A DNA stretch of 57,358 bases from an uncultured bacterium (lineage in GTDB: Bacteria > Patescibacteriota > Minisyncoccia > Moranbacterales > GWC2-37-73). The notes beneath the pieces were generated by a model. That model was not told the DNA's origin, ran no database searches, and worked only from the letters and a program-made list of their open reading frames with translations. Shown here piece by piece: positions 1-8,904 of this stretch. The translations under genes and the position numbers were made by a program. The DNA is taken from positions 1-57,358 of the forward strand of contig CAILTR010000101.1 of the NCBI GenBank assembly GCA_903837175.1. Direction: 5' to 3'. Numbering within the stretch: position 1 is the first letter of the stretch; every line of letters begins with the position of its first letter.

Positions 1-47
1 ACATTCTCATTACTTAATAACTCCTTGATTTCCTCTTTTGTGAACAT
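1..47 (-). CDS. N-terminal fragment of an unidentified gene continuing past the left edge
   Basis: ATG at 47 with GGAGA 6 nt upstream; reads MFTKEEIKELLSNENV; too short to assign. Confidence 0.3.
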   Translation of the reverse strand, partial: MFTKEEIKELLSNEN

Positions 48-78
48 TTTTTTCTCCATGTAGTTGTTTGTTAATTAA

Positions 79-648
79 TTACATTCTAGCAGATAACAAA
101 AAGTAGACACTTTCGTGTCTACTTTTTGGGGTACAGTTCATTGAAATACCTTTTTCTCCACCTCGCTCTAATAAAAAAACTTTTTTTGTAGTCCACGTGA
201 CATGCATATTACCAAGGGCTATATCCTGGATCTGTGCTTCATTGCCCGTCACCCCAAAGAGTAGAGCTTCATTAAGATTTGTTCCTTGAAGGTTTGCGTT
301 TGAAAAGGAGCTACCAGTAAAGATTGCGTTGCTTAAGTCCGCACCTGCTAAATTGGCGCCATTAAAATTGGCCAAAATAGTCGCCTTGAACAGAACCGCA
401 CTCCCGAACTGGGCACATTCGAAAGAGGCGTCGGTGGCGGTTATTTTCGCAAGGATTGCCTTATCGAATCTGGCAAAATTGCCATTAACCCCAGTGAAAT
501 TTGACTCGCAGAAATTTATTCCTGTTAAATCCTTGCTTGACAGATCAAATCCACGAAGATTTGTTTTTGATAAATCTACTTGAAGCTTTCTTTTGTTATT
601 CCACTTTTCAGATTTCAAATTATGAAGTAGCCAAAAATTTTTAAACAT
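79..648 (-). CDS. pentapeptide-repeat protein
   Basis: 189-aa ORF with tandem pentapeptide repeats (NLRGFDLSSKDLTGINFCESNFTG ... ANLAGADLSNAIFTGSSFSNANLQGTNLNEA); GGAGA SD; last codons run through a terminator hairpin. Confidence 0.8.
   Translation of the reverse strand: MFKNFWLLHNLKSEKWNNKRKLQVDLSKTNLRGFDLSSKDLTGINFCESNFTGVNGNFARFDKAILAKITATDASFECAQFGSAVLFKATILANFNGANLAGADLSNAIFTGSSFSNANLQGTNLNEALLFGVTGNEAQIQDIALGNMHVTWTTKKVFLLERGGEKGISMNCTPKSRHESVYFLLSARM
98..127 (-). terminator. intrinsic terminator hairpin
   Basis: AAAAAGTAGACAC-TTTC-GTGTCTACTTTTT. Confidence 0.6.
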
Positions 649-728
649 GGTAGTATCTCCATTTTTGTTAATAAAACTACTGTATTTATTACATATAGGC
701 TTAAAAAGTCAATAGTAAGTGGCGAAGG

Positions 729-757
729 TTGACATTTTGAGGCTTTCTTGCTATATT
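729..757 (+). promoter_or_regulatory. sigma70-like promoter upstream of typA
   Basis: TTGACA-17 nt-TATATT. Confidence 0.55.
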
Positions 758-778
758 TCAAAGGCTTTAGATGGTTTT

Positions 779-799
779 GCTGCCCGGTGGCAGTTTTTT
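779..799 (+). terminator. terminator-like hairpin inside the typA leader
   Basis: CTGCC-CGGT-GGCAG followed by TTTTTT, between promoter 729-757 and ATG 891. Confidence 0.4.
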
Positions 800-840
800 A
801 TTTATATTATGAATTTTTATAAGGTTTGTTGGTTTATAAG

Positions 841-885
841 AAATTACTTTATAAACTTTAAGAACTTTATAAACTTTACGAACTA
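841..885 (+). repeat. CTTTATAAA-type 5' leader words (before typA)
   Basis: ACTTTATAAACTTTAAGAACTTTATAAACTTTACGAAC ends 6 nt before the typA ATG. Confidence 0.8.
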
Positions 886-890
886 ACACT

Positions 891-2678
891 ATGGAAATTC
901 GAAACATTGCAATCATCGCTCATGTGGATCATGGCAAAACAACTTTGACTGATGCGATTATGCGTCAAACTGGCATGGTGGAAGAAGGAGTTAGTATGGA
1001 TAATAACGCTCTAGAACAAGAGCGTGGAATTACGATTTATGCTAAAAATACTTCGATTGATTATCGCGGAACAAAAATTAATATCGTGGACACCCCAGGT
1101 CATGCTGATTTCGGCAGTGAAGTGGAACGCGTGCTTCGAAGTATTGATAGCGTGCTGTTAGTGGTGGACGCGCAAGAAGGACCAATGCCCCAAACGCGCT
1201 TTGTATTGAAAAAATCTTTGGAGTTAGGGCTTAAACCGATTGTGGTGATTAATAAAATAGATAAGCCAGCGGCTGATCCTGACTTGGTGCAAGAACAAGT
1301 GTATGAGCTTTTTATGGATTTGGGCGCTTCTGACGAGCAACTTGATTTTACGACCGTGTACGCCATTGGTCGTCAAGGAATTGCCAAAGAACATCTAAAG
1401 GATGAATCTGATAATTTGGAACCTTTGTTGGATATGATTTTACTGAAAGTTCATGCCGCTAAAGCTGACAAGGATGCCCAACTTCGCATGCAGCCATTTA
1501 ACCTAGGTTATGATAACTTCCTAGGGCGCTTAGCGGTGGGACGCATTCATGAAGGGACGATTAAAGCTGGGGCAACTTATGTGCTGAAGAAAACTGATGG
1601 CACGCTGGAGAAATCACGCGTCACCAAACTCTATAATTTCAAAGGCACAGTTCGTGAAGAAGTCGCGGAAGCTTACGCTGGAGATATTGTGATGGTGGCT
1701 GGTTTTCCAAAAATTGATATTGGAGAAACGATTTGCGAAAGCGAAGAGCAGGAGTCTTTGCCAGCTATTACGATTGATGAGCCAACCATTTCGCTGCGCT
1801 TTTTAGTTAATGATTCGCCGTTTGCGGGACGCGAAGGAAAGTTTGTAACTAGTAAACAAATCCGCGAGCGCTTAGAGAAGGAATTGGAAGTGAACGTGGG
1901 CCTTAAAATTGATTTTTCAACTTCAGAATATTATACCGTCTTTGGTCGCGGAGAACTGCACATTGCGGTACTTTTGGAAAATATGCGTCGCGAGGGATAT
2001 GAAATGCAAGTTTCGCAACCGCACGTGATTATTAAAGACGTGGATGGCGTTAAAAGTGAACCTTTTGAAGAAGTAACGGTGGATGTGCCAAGCGAGCTGG
2101 CTGGGACAATTATTGAAACGCTGGGAAAACGAAAAGGCATTATGTCAGATATGCATGTGCACGGTAGTCAAACTCGCCTTTTGTTTGAAGCACCAACCCG
2201 CGGAATGCTTGGTTATCGCGGACAGTTTGTCGTCGATACGAAAGGTGAAGGCATTATGTCTTCTCGGGTGGTAGGTTTCCGGCCTTACGTAGGGGATATT
2301 AAAAAACGCGAAGTTGGCTCCATGATTTCAAATGGAACTGGTAAAGCGCTCGGCTTTTCGCTGGCAAACCTGCAGGATCGAGGCGTGCTGTATATTCCAG
2401 CAGCAACTGAGGTGTATGAAGGTCAAGTCATTGGAAACGTCTCTAAGGGCGAGGAAATGACCGTCAACCCCCTCAAGGGAAAACAACTGACGAACATGCG
2501 TTCTTCGGGAACAGATGATGCAATTCATTTAGTCCCACCGTTTGTGCTCTCAATTGAACGCGGGCTGGAAATTATCAATGATGACGAATATCTGGAAGTT
2601 ACTCCGCATTCTGTGCGTCTGCGCAAACAATTCTTAAAAGAAGGTGATCGCACGAAAGCTGGAAGGAAGGGGAAATAA
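891..2678 (+). CDS. typA: translational GTPase TypA/BipA
   Basis: 595 aa; G motifs AHVDHGKTT, DTPGH, NKID; full-length BipA-like architecture. Confidence 0.95.
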   Translation: MEIRNIAIIAHVDHGKTTLTDAIMRQTGMVEEGVSMDNNALEQERGITIYAKNTSIDYRGTKINIVDTPGHADFGSEVERVLRSIDSVLLVVDAQEGPMPQTRFVLKKSLELGLKPIVVINKIDKPAADPDLVQEQVYELFMDLGASDEQLDFTTVYAIGRQGIAKEHLKDESDNLEPLLDMILLKVHAAKADKDAQLRMQPFNLGYDNFLGRLAVGRIHEGTIKAGATYVLKKTDGTLEKSRVTKLYNFKGTVREEVAEAYAGDIVMVAGFPKIDIGETICESEEQESLPAITIDEPTISLRFLVNDSPFAGREGKFVTSKQIRERLEKELEVNVGLKIDFSTSEYYTVFGRGELHIAVLLENMRREGYEMQVSQPHVIIKDVDGVKSEPFEEVTVDVPSELAGTIIETLGKRKGIMSDMHVHGSQTRLLFEAPTRGMLGYRGQFVVDTKGEGIMSSRVVGFRPYVGDIKKREVGSMISNGTGKALGFSLANLQDRGVLYIPAATEVYEGQVIGNVSKGEEMTVNPLKGKQLTNMRSSGTDDAIHLVPPFVLSIERGLEIINDDEYLEVTPHSVRLRKQFLKEGDRTKAGRKGK

Positions 2679-2680
2679 TA

Positions 2681-2765
2681 AACATTGAACATAGAACATG
2701 GAGCATGGAGCATGGAACATGGAGCATAAATGCCTAATGCCTAATGCCTAATGCCTAATGCCAAA
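2681..2765 (+). repeat. stop-proximal heptamer word array (CATGGAG then AATGCCT units)
   Basis: Immediately 3' of the typA stop: (CATGGAG/CATAGAA)n then AATGCCT x4.5, period 7. Confidence 0.9.
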
Positions 2766-2853
2766 TTTCCAACTCGCCTCGATTCGAAATGTTTTTCTCA
2801 CCAATTCGAAGCGGGTGTCTAATAAAATCTAAAATTTAAAAGCTCACTATAAC

Positions 2854-2887
2854 AAAAAAATCCCGATGAAAGTCGGGATTTTTTTTG
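2854..2887 (+). terminator. typA terminator
   Basis: AAAAAAATCCCGA-TGAAAG-TCGGGATTTTTTTT. Confidence 0.8.
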
Positions 2888-3051
2888 TTGATTAAAAATA
2901 AGCTAAAGCACTTTACCAAGAATTGAAATTTTTTGGTTTTTTCTAATTATGCCGAAACTATGCGATCGTCGAGTTTTGGCATAATCTCTTTTGAATTTTT
3001 TTATTGGGAGGTTTTGAATTTAAGGGTTACGTAATGAGCTACGCAATAAAA

Positions 3052-3450
3052 TTAATTCGAAAGGTCGCGGATAGTTCTGGCGGCAAGGGTGTTGTCAGTT
3101 AGAATGCCGTGAATAACGATTTTATCACCAGGCTGGAGAGCAGAGAACTCAATATTCTGCCAAGTCTTATTAAAGAGGCGAGTTGCTTTGGTCGTGGTTA
3201 CAGTGAAGTCTTTACTGCTATAAGAGATAGTTAAGGAGTCAGTTGAAACAGAGCTAATAATGCCCGTTAGGCCTTTGCGGTGACGCTGAACCCCATTATT
3301 TTTAGGGAGCGTTTTCCCTTTTAAATTACGCTCATGGCGAAAATTTTGTCTTTCGAGCGTGTTGGCACTGGCGTCTAGGGCCATGCCGGAGGTTCCCAAC
3401 ATAAGAGCCATCCCACTGATTGCAATGGCATTGCGCATTTTATTTTTCAT
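3052..3450 (-). CDS. secreted hypothetical protein
   Basis: 132 aa; signal peptide MKNKMRNAIAISGMALMLGTSGMALDASA; AAGGA SD; no domain recognised. Confidence 0.6.
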   Translation of the reverse strand: MKNKMRNAIAISGMALMLGTSGMALDASANTLERQNFRHERNLKGKTLPKNNGVQRHRKGLTGIISSVSTDSLTISYSSKDFTVTTTKATRLFNKTWQNIEFSALQPGDKIVIHGILTDNTLAARTIRDLSN

Positions 3451-3571
3451 ATTTTCCTTATTTAAAAATTAACTGAATCAGGCGATGATTCATATTTTCT
3501 TATACGCAGGTAAAAAAGATTTCTTTTTGGTTGCCGTAGCTTGCTGGTTGTAGTAGAATTTGATTACGCTT

Positions 3572-4189
3572 ATGTTTAATTTTCAACATCATCTACAAGA
3601 TTTTGGCCCCGTGGTACACTTTATTAGAAGTGGCTCTTATTTTGGAATTTTTTTCTTAGCGATTATTGCCAGTTATGTTTTTCCGATTCCAGAAGCAGTT
3701 TTTTTACTATTGGTTGGTTACGTCGCGAAGGTAACGAGAATGAATATTTTAACCGTGGTCATATTGGCTACGGGCGGGATAATCATTGGAGATAATTTGC
3801 TGTATTGGCTTAGCTACTTTGGGAATAAATATGTAGAGAAATTTAATCATAAAATGCGTAAATATGAGCTGATTAAATATGAGCATCTAGTTACAGACAA
3901 TGTGGCTTGGTCAATTTATTTCTTAAAATTTATAGCGGGAGTACGTTTTTTAAATCCCGTTTTGCTTGGGTCGCTACGCGCATCCTGGAAAAAATTTTTT
4001 CTTCATAACGCGATTGCCTCAATTTTGCATACAGCTGGCCTAGTTCTTTTGGGCTATTATTTGCATAAAAAAATAATCCCAGTTGTCACTGGGATTGAGA
4101 TTTTAAAAAATATAATGCTTTTCTTTTCGGCTGTGATTGCCGGTTTGTTGGTTGCTGCTTTTAGAAAGAAGGTAAAAAACCAGTTTTAA
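3572..4189 (+). CDS. DedA-family membrane protein
   Basis: Multi-TM protein with DedA-like PIPEAVFLLLVGY and GVRFLNPV motifs; start could be TTG 3560 or ATG 3572. Confidence 0.8.
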   Translation: MFNFQHHLQDFGPVVHFIRSGSYFGIFFLAIIASYVFPIPEAVFLLLVGYVAKVTRMNILTVVILATGGIIIGDNLLYWLSYFGNKYVEKFNHKMRKYELIKYEHLVTDNVAWSIYFLKFIAGVRFLNPVLLGSLRASWKKFFLHNAIASILHTAGLVLLGYYLHKKIIPVVTGIEILKNIMLFFSAVIAGLLVAAFRKKVKNQF

Positions 4190-4890
4190 AAATATTTCTT
4201 TATTTTTTCAAAGTCTTCCGTAAGTTCTGGATGGCAAACTATCTCGATAGTTCCCTCTGGGAGGTTCTTAAAAAAAGTCTTAAAATCAGTAATCCAATCT
4301 AGGCTAATAAGTGATCCAGAAGAAATACAGCCATGTTTGAGGCAGGCTTTTAGATTGACTTTTCTTAAAAAATGAAGAATATAGGCGACAAGTTTATGGT
4401 GGAGCGTGAAAACACTATCGCCAAAACGAATGTAAGGGATTTGGTACTTGGCTTGCATCTTTAGCGCAACTTTAAAAAAGGGCGGAAAGAGATGAACATG
4501 TTCGTGAGAGTTTAGTCCATCTGGATTTCTTTCGAAAAGTTTGCGAAAGGCTTCAATTTGATTTTCCCAATCAAGCGTAACTTTCTTAGTAGTTAATTTC
4601 CCCGTAAGAAGTTTTAAAAGAAATTCCAAGCCTCTTTTAATGGAACCGGAATTTCTATTTTGGCTCTCTTCAAATTTATGTAAGATGTCAAGGTGAATAT
4701 CTAGTTTAACCCGACTTTTGGCTAGTTGCTGAAGATCCGTTGCGGAAATTTGCCCCAACGGCATAACTGCAACGCGGTCTATTTTTCCAAGTTCAACTAG
4801 ATATAAAATATTACGGTTTGCCCCAGAGTTGAGGCCAAAATCATCAGCCGTAATGATAAACTTGTCTCGATTTATTTCAAATGAATCCAT
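4186..4890 (-). CDS. ChbG/YdjC-family carbohydrate deacetylase
   Basis: 234 aa; N-terminal ITADDFGLNSGANRNI and HEHVH motifs typical of the YdjC family. Confidence 0.75.
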   Translation of the reverse strand: MDSFEINRDKFIITADDFGLNSGANRNILYLVELGKIDRVAVMPLGQISATDLQQLAKSRVKLDIHLDILHKFEESQNRNSGSIKRGLEFLLKLLTGKLTTKKVTLDWENQIEAFRKLFERNPDGLNSHEHVHLFPPFFKVALKMQAKYQIPYIRFGDSVFTLHHKLVAYILHFLRKVNLKACLKHGCISSGSLISLDWITDFKTFFKNLPEGTIEIVCHPELTEDFEKIKKYF

Positions 4891-5021
4891 AAGGGTTGTT
4901 TAAAATGAGTTTGAATTAAATTCTTCACATGCTATAATTTTAGCAAGCTGGTTGTATTAAAGCAATAAGCTGGACTAATTTTCGTTTCAAAATAGCTAAT
5001 TATTAGGAGAATAAGAAACCT

Positions 5022-6089
5022 ATGCAATCAAGAGATTATAACTATAACGTGTATTTTTTCTTTGTCGTTTTATTTGGGGTAAGTATCGTCGCTTACTTTA
5101 TTTTTCAACCTTTTTTCTTTGCAATTATTTTGGCTGGTGTGCTAGCTGGAGCTTTGCAGCGACCGTATAATTTTCTGGTGGAAAAAACTGGAGGACGTAA
5201 GCATTTAAGTTCGTTGCTGATTTCTTCACTCGGCATAATTATTTTTTTTGCAATTGCGGGTGGGGTTATTGGAGTGGTAGCTAAAGAGACAACTTATTTG
5301 TATCAAAGTGTTATTTCGGGTGGTAGTATTTATCAGAAATACGCTGAGCCAACAATTAACTATATAAATCAAAATCAATTCCTCCTGTCGTTAGGCTTGG
5401 AAAATGTTATCAATAAAAACACCATCGGTAACATTAGTTCGCAAGCTGGGCAGGCCGTGCTAGTGCTAGTTCAAAGAACTTACCAAGGTATCGCCGATAC
5501 AACCTTTCTTTCAATTGTAATTTTCTTTACGTTGTACTATTTCTTAATCGAGGGAAAGAGTTTAGTTTCAAAGATTATTTATCTTATCCCGCTTAAAAAT
5601 TCGCATAAAAAAATCTTAATTAAAAAATTTACCTCAATTACTAGGGCAACAGCCAGGGGGGCATTGATAATTGCGTTTATCCAGGGCTCAATTGGAATGC
5701 TACTGTTTTTAGCTTTAGGTATTCCATCTGCTTTTATTTTAGGAGTCTTTATGATGTTTTGCGCCCTAATCCCAATGTTTGGTTCTGGATTGATTTGGTT
5801 TCCAGTTGCAGTAGTAATGTTTTTAACTGGTAATGTCTGGCAGGGTTGGGTTGTATTGGGCGTTGGCGGTGGGTTAATTTCAACGATTGATAATTTCTTG
5901 CGACCCAAATTGGTTGGTAAAGAGACGCAGATGCATCCTCTGATTGTTTTCTTCGCTACTTTGGGCGGGATTGGGATTTTTGGTTTTCTGGGGCTACTGA
6001 TCGGGCCGATAATTGTCGCGCTGTTTCTTTCACTTTGGGATATTTACGCCGAAGAGTTTAAAGGACAACTCGAGAAATACAACACATAA
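5022..6089 (+). CDS. AI-2E family transporter (PerM/UPF0118)
   Basis: 355 aa polytopic protein; conserved C-terminal LRPKLVGKETQMHPLIVFFATLGG block; AGGAG SD. Confidence 0.85.
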   Translation: MQSRDYNYNVYFFFVVLFGVSIVAYFIFQPFFFAIILAGVLAGALQRPYNFLVEKTGGRKHLSSLLISSLGIIIFFAIAGGVIGVVAKETTYLYQSVISGGSIYQKYAEPTINYINQNQFLLSLGLENVINKNTIGNISSQAGQAVLVLVQRTYQGIADTTFLSIVIFFTLYYFLIEGKSLVSKIIYLIPLKNSHKKILIKKFTSITRATARGALIIAFIQGSIGMLLFLALGIPSAFILGVFMMFCALIPMFGSGLIWFPVAVVMFLTGNVWQGWVVLGVGGGLISTIDNFLRPKLVGKETQMHPLIVFFATLGGIGIFGFLGLLIGPIIVALFLSLWDIYAEEFKGQLEKYNT

Positions 6090-6152
6090 CACATAACACA
6101 TAGCACATAGCACAAAACATAAAGCATGGAGCATAGAAGATAGAACACATGA
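6081..6152 (+). repeat. stop-proximal word array (CATAACA/CATAGCA/CATGGAG units)
   Basis: Overlaps and follows the AI-2E transporter stop; same word family as 2681-2765. Confidence 0.85.
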
Positions 6153-6187
6153 TACGGGTCATACGCAATATAGAGCTTGCGGAAATT

Positions 6188-6320
6188 AAGTTAGCAATTT
6201 TTACTTCCCTTGTTTGCTTTTGGGAGCACGCTTCTTGGTCAGGAGTTATGACCAATCGCTCAGTACTCGCTGTCGCTCATAAGCCTCCCAAAAGCAAACA
6301 AGCTCGTAAAAATTAGAACC
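6188..6320 (+). repeat. structured ~130-nt intergenic repeat, copy 1
   Basis: AATTTTTAC (6196-6204) pairs GTAAAAATT (6306-6314); 17-bp helix 6210-6226/6285-6301; hairpin TTGGTCA/TGACCAA 6235-6255; TCGCTCAG tail. Confidence 0.85.
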
Positions 6321-6356
6321 ATAAATTGCGCTTGACCCCATAATGCATAATACATA

Positions 6357-7316
6357 ATGACCCTCGATTTTTATCAACAGCTTCCTCAAGTAATTAATCC
6401 CGTCGCTTTTACGATAGGATTTTTGGCTGTGCGGTGGTACTCCCTGATGTATTTGGTGGGTCTTGCAACAGTTTGGTTTTTGCTGAAGTGGCGAATAGAA
6501 AAAGGGGAAGTAGCTGAAAAATTTCAAATTTCAAACCTGCCTGCCGGTAGGCAAGGTTTCAAATTTCAAATTTCAGAAAAAAAGGGAAAGCTGGAAAACA
6601 AAAGTTGTCAAAATAGTCGTAAACTACAACTGCAGAATATAATTCTGGATTTTCTTTTGGTGGCCTTTTTTGCTGGGCTGGTGGGCGGACGGCTTGGCTA
6701 CGTTATTTTTTATAACTGGGCTTATTTTTCGCTGCATCCTTGGCAAATTATTTCGCCTTTTGATTTTGCTGGGGGTAGTTTTGTTGGCTTATATGGAATG
6801 AGTTATCACGGGGCTTTGTTTGGTGGCATTATGGGGATGTTTTTGCTAGCAAGGGCACGAAAAATTGATTTCTTAAAATGGGCTGATTTTATTGTACCGG
6901 CCCTGCCAGCGGGATACTTTTTTGGTAGAATTGGAAATTTTCTTAATGGCGAATTATTCGGCCGGGTGACAACTTCAAAAATCGGAATGTATTTTCCAGC
7001 TAGTCCAGGTGTCCTGCGTTACCCTTCCCAAATCTTAGAGGCTTGTCTAGAAGGACTTTTATTGTTTGGGATTCTTTGGCAATTAAGAAACCAAGAAAAG
7101 CTTAAAGCTGGTTCCTTGCTAGCTCTTTATTTACTCGGCTATGGCGCCGTTCGTTTTATCGGCGAGTTTCTTCGGCAGCCAGATCCCCAGTTAGGATTTG
7201 TCTTTTTAAATTTTACGCTGGGACAACTGCTTTCGGTTGCCTTAATTTCCATAGGTTGCGGTTTGCTCTTTTTTAAAAATCAAAGAAGTGCTATAATAAA
7301 AAGTGCAATTAACTAG
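6357..7316 (+). CDS. lgt: prolipoprotein diacylglyceryl transferase with an inserted repeat module
   Basis: Lgt motifs RWYSLMYLVG, GGRLGYV, GRIGNFLNGELFGR, FLRQPD; extra 19-codon KFQIS-NLPAGRQG-FKFQIS segment between TM1 and TM2. Confidence 0.9.
   Translation: MTLDFYQQLPQVINPVAFTIGFLAVRWYSLMYLVGLATVWFLLKWRIEKGEVAEKFQISNLPAGRQGFKFQISEKKGKLENKSCQNSRKLQLQNIILDFLLVAFFAGLVGGRLGYVIFYNWAYFSLHPWQIISPFDFAGGSFVGLYGMSYHGALFGGIMGMFLLARARKIDFLKWADFIVPALPAGYFFGRIGNFLNGELFGRVTTSKIGMYFPASPGVLRYPSQILEACLEGLLLFGILWQLRNQEKLKAGSLLALYLLGYGAVRFIGEFLRQPDPQLGFVFLNFTLGQLLSVALISIGCGLLFFKNQRSAIIKSAIN
6519..6575 (+). repeat. in-frame hairpin/direct-repeat module inside lgt
   Basis: AAATTTCAAATTTCAAA - CCTGCCTGCCGGTAGGCAAGG - TTTCAAATTTCAAATTTC; 57 nt = 19 codons. 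Confidence 0.8.
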
Positions 7317-7412
7317 TAGGATTGTTAAGTTACTAAAAGTTAAATTAAGTGCTTTGCAACTTAGTCGACAGACCCGTAAAAATCCTAGCCTTTTAATCGC
7401 TAAGCTCTGCCA

Positions 7413-8480
7413 ATGAATACAAAAATAAAAACACTGCGTTGTTTGGATATAAAATCCAGAACCAACATCTATAGCGCGCATATTTCAGAAGGTAGTCCAA
7501 GCTTGAAAGAAAGCGAGACTATTCTTTATTCGCGTGGGAAAAAAATTCGGACTTTTTTTACGGAAGATTCAAAACTTTACATTACGCCTAAAGAAGCCAA
7601 GTTAATTAGGTGTGGAGTTAAATTAGAGCGACGAATTGGTCAATGGGATAATCTGCAGTCGCGAATTGTACGAAACTTTATTAAATATCGACCAAGCCCA
7701 ACAAGCTACTTGCTGGAACTTTTAGATAAAAAGCTGGTCTTGATTCAGGAGCAAGCCAAAGAAGCCTCGGAAAATTTGTGGGGACAATTTTCACTGGTAC
7801 GACTCTGGAACCTTTCTATTGTGGGTTCAATTTTATTTGGAATAGTCACAATGACTTTTGTGTATAAATATCTTGGACAAGGGGTAGCAGCTTCTGACCA
7901 ATTTCAGCAAGCAGTGGCGCAAGTACAAGCGCTTGATTTACCGTCGAAGGTGGCAAGCTCAGGAGCCAGCGCTGACGATGATGGCCTAGAGAACATTGAT
8001 TTAAAAGATCCGTTATTTTTAAATCAATTAGCGGAAATAAAAAAAACTAGCGATAGCGCTACGTTGGAAAAAGAAATCTATACAATGGTAAAGGGATATC
8101 CAATTGAAAAAATGGTGCCTTATATTGCTAAGCAAGATAGAACGGTCGCGGCTTTTATGGTTGCGATTGCTAAGAAAGAAAGTAATTGGGGTAGGCGGGT
8201 GCCACTACGGGATGGCGAAGATTGTTATAATTATGTTGGATATCGAGGCCAGCGAGAGCGGATGGGGACAGGCGGGCACACTTGCTTTAATAGCCCTGAA
8301 GATGCCGTCAATACTATTGCCAAAAGAATTGCGACCCTGGTTGAGGAAAATGATAGAGATACAGCAGCTAAAATGGTCGTTTGGAAATGCGGGAGTAGTT
8401 GCGCCGCTACCGGCGGACAAGAGGCTGCAAATAAATGGATTAGCGACGTGGATATGTATTTCCAGCAGCTTAAAACTTAG
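7413..8480 (+). CDS. membrane-anchored protein with GH73-like (glucosaminidase/FlgJ-type) C-terminal domain
   Basis: 355 aa; one TM; C-terminal AIAKKESNWGRR ... CYNYVGYRG block resembles the catalytic Glu region of N-acetylglucosaminidases; paralog at 10712-11362. Confidence 0.65.
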   Translation: MNTKIKTLRCLDIKSRTNIYSAHISEGSPSLKESETILYSRGKKIRTFFTEDSKLYITPKEAKLIRCGVKLERRIGQWDNLQSRIVRNFIKYRPSPTSYLLELLDKKLVLIQEQAKEASENLWGQFSLVRLWNLSIVGSILFGIVTMTFVYKYLGQGVAASDQFQQAVAQVQALDLPSKVASSGASADDDGLENIDLKDPLFLNQLAEIKKTSDSATLEKEIYTMVKGYPIEKMVPYIAKQDRTVAAFMVAIAKKESNWGRRVPLRDGEDCYNYVGYRGQRERMGTGGHTCFNSPEDAVNTIAKRIATLVEENDRDTAAKMVVWKCGSSCAATGGQEAANKWISDVDMYFQQLKT

Positions 8481-8542
8481 CGGTCTAGAATTATAGTTCA
8501 AACTTAGTTGGCTTTTAAAAATTTAATATTTTTTCGCCAAAC

Positions 8543-8577
8543 AAAAAACTCTCAAGCGTAAAGCTAGAGAGTTTTTT
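8543..8577. terminator. bidirectional terminator between convergent genes (7413-8480 and cspA)
   Basis: AAAAAACTCTC ... GAGAGTTTTTT. Confidence 0.75.
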
Positions 8578-8595
8578 GAAAAGCAGGTGCTAAGA

Positions 8596-8793
8596 TTACG
8601 CTAGGGTAACATTAACAGCGTTCAAGCCTTTTGGAGATTCTTCTGATTCGAAAGAAACATTGTCTCCTTCTTGCAGTTGATCAAATGAAACACCAACTAA
8701 AGAATTGCTGTGGAAAAATAAGTCTTTTCCCAATTCTGGAGAGGTGATAAAGCCGAAGCCTTTGTCAGTTTTCTTTTTGATTACACCATTCAT
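8596..8793 (-). CDS. cspA: cold-shock protein
   Basis: 65 aa; RNP motifs KGFGFI and FFHSN. Confidence 0.95.
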   Translation of the reverse strand: MNGVIKKKTDKGFGFITSPELGKDLFFHSNSLVGVSFDQLQEGDNVSFESEESPKGLNAVNVTLA

Positions 8794-8875
8794 AGTTTTG
8801 AAGTGATATTTAGGTTTGTAAAATTTGAAATTATGCGGGGCTCGACGATTTTTCCAACAATATTTTCACATTGCA

Positions 8876-8904
8876 AGTTTAGCACGTAAATCAGAAAAAG
8901 TCAA
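8876..8904 (-). promoter_or_regulatory. sigma70-like promoter for cspA with ~75-nt leader
   Basis: TTGACT-17 nt-TAAACT on the minus strand. Confidence 0.55.

Noticed and set aside
2681-2765. Possible CRISPR array or classical tandem repeat locus
   Set aside because: The units are 7 nt with no unique spacers and no cas genes nearby. They are degenerate microsatellite-like words, not CRISPR repeats.
6058-6527. ORFs 6058-6255 and 6246-6527 on the minus strand
   Set aside because: They are translated across the word array and structured repeat copy 1. One uses a TTG start inside the repeat hairpin, and the second overlaps the lgt start. They are best explained as repeat-derived open frames.
8104-8501. 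Overlapping alternative-frame ORFs at the 3' end of 7413-8480
   Set aside because: The annotated frame aligns residue-by-residue with the paralog at 10712-11362, and the alternative frames do not.
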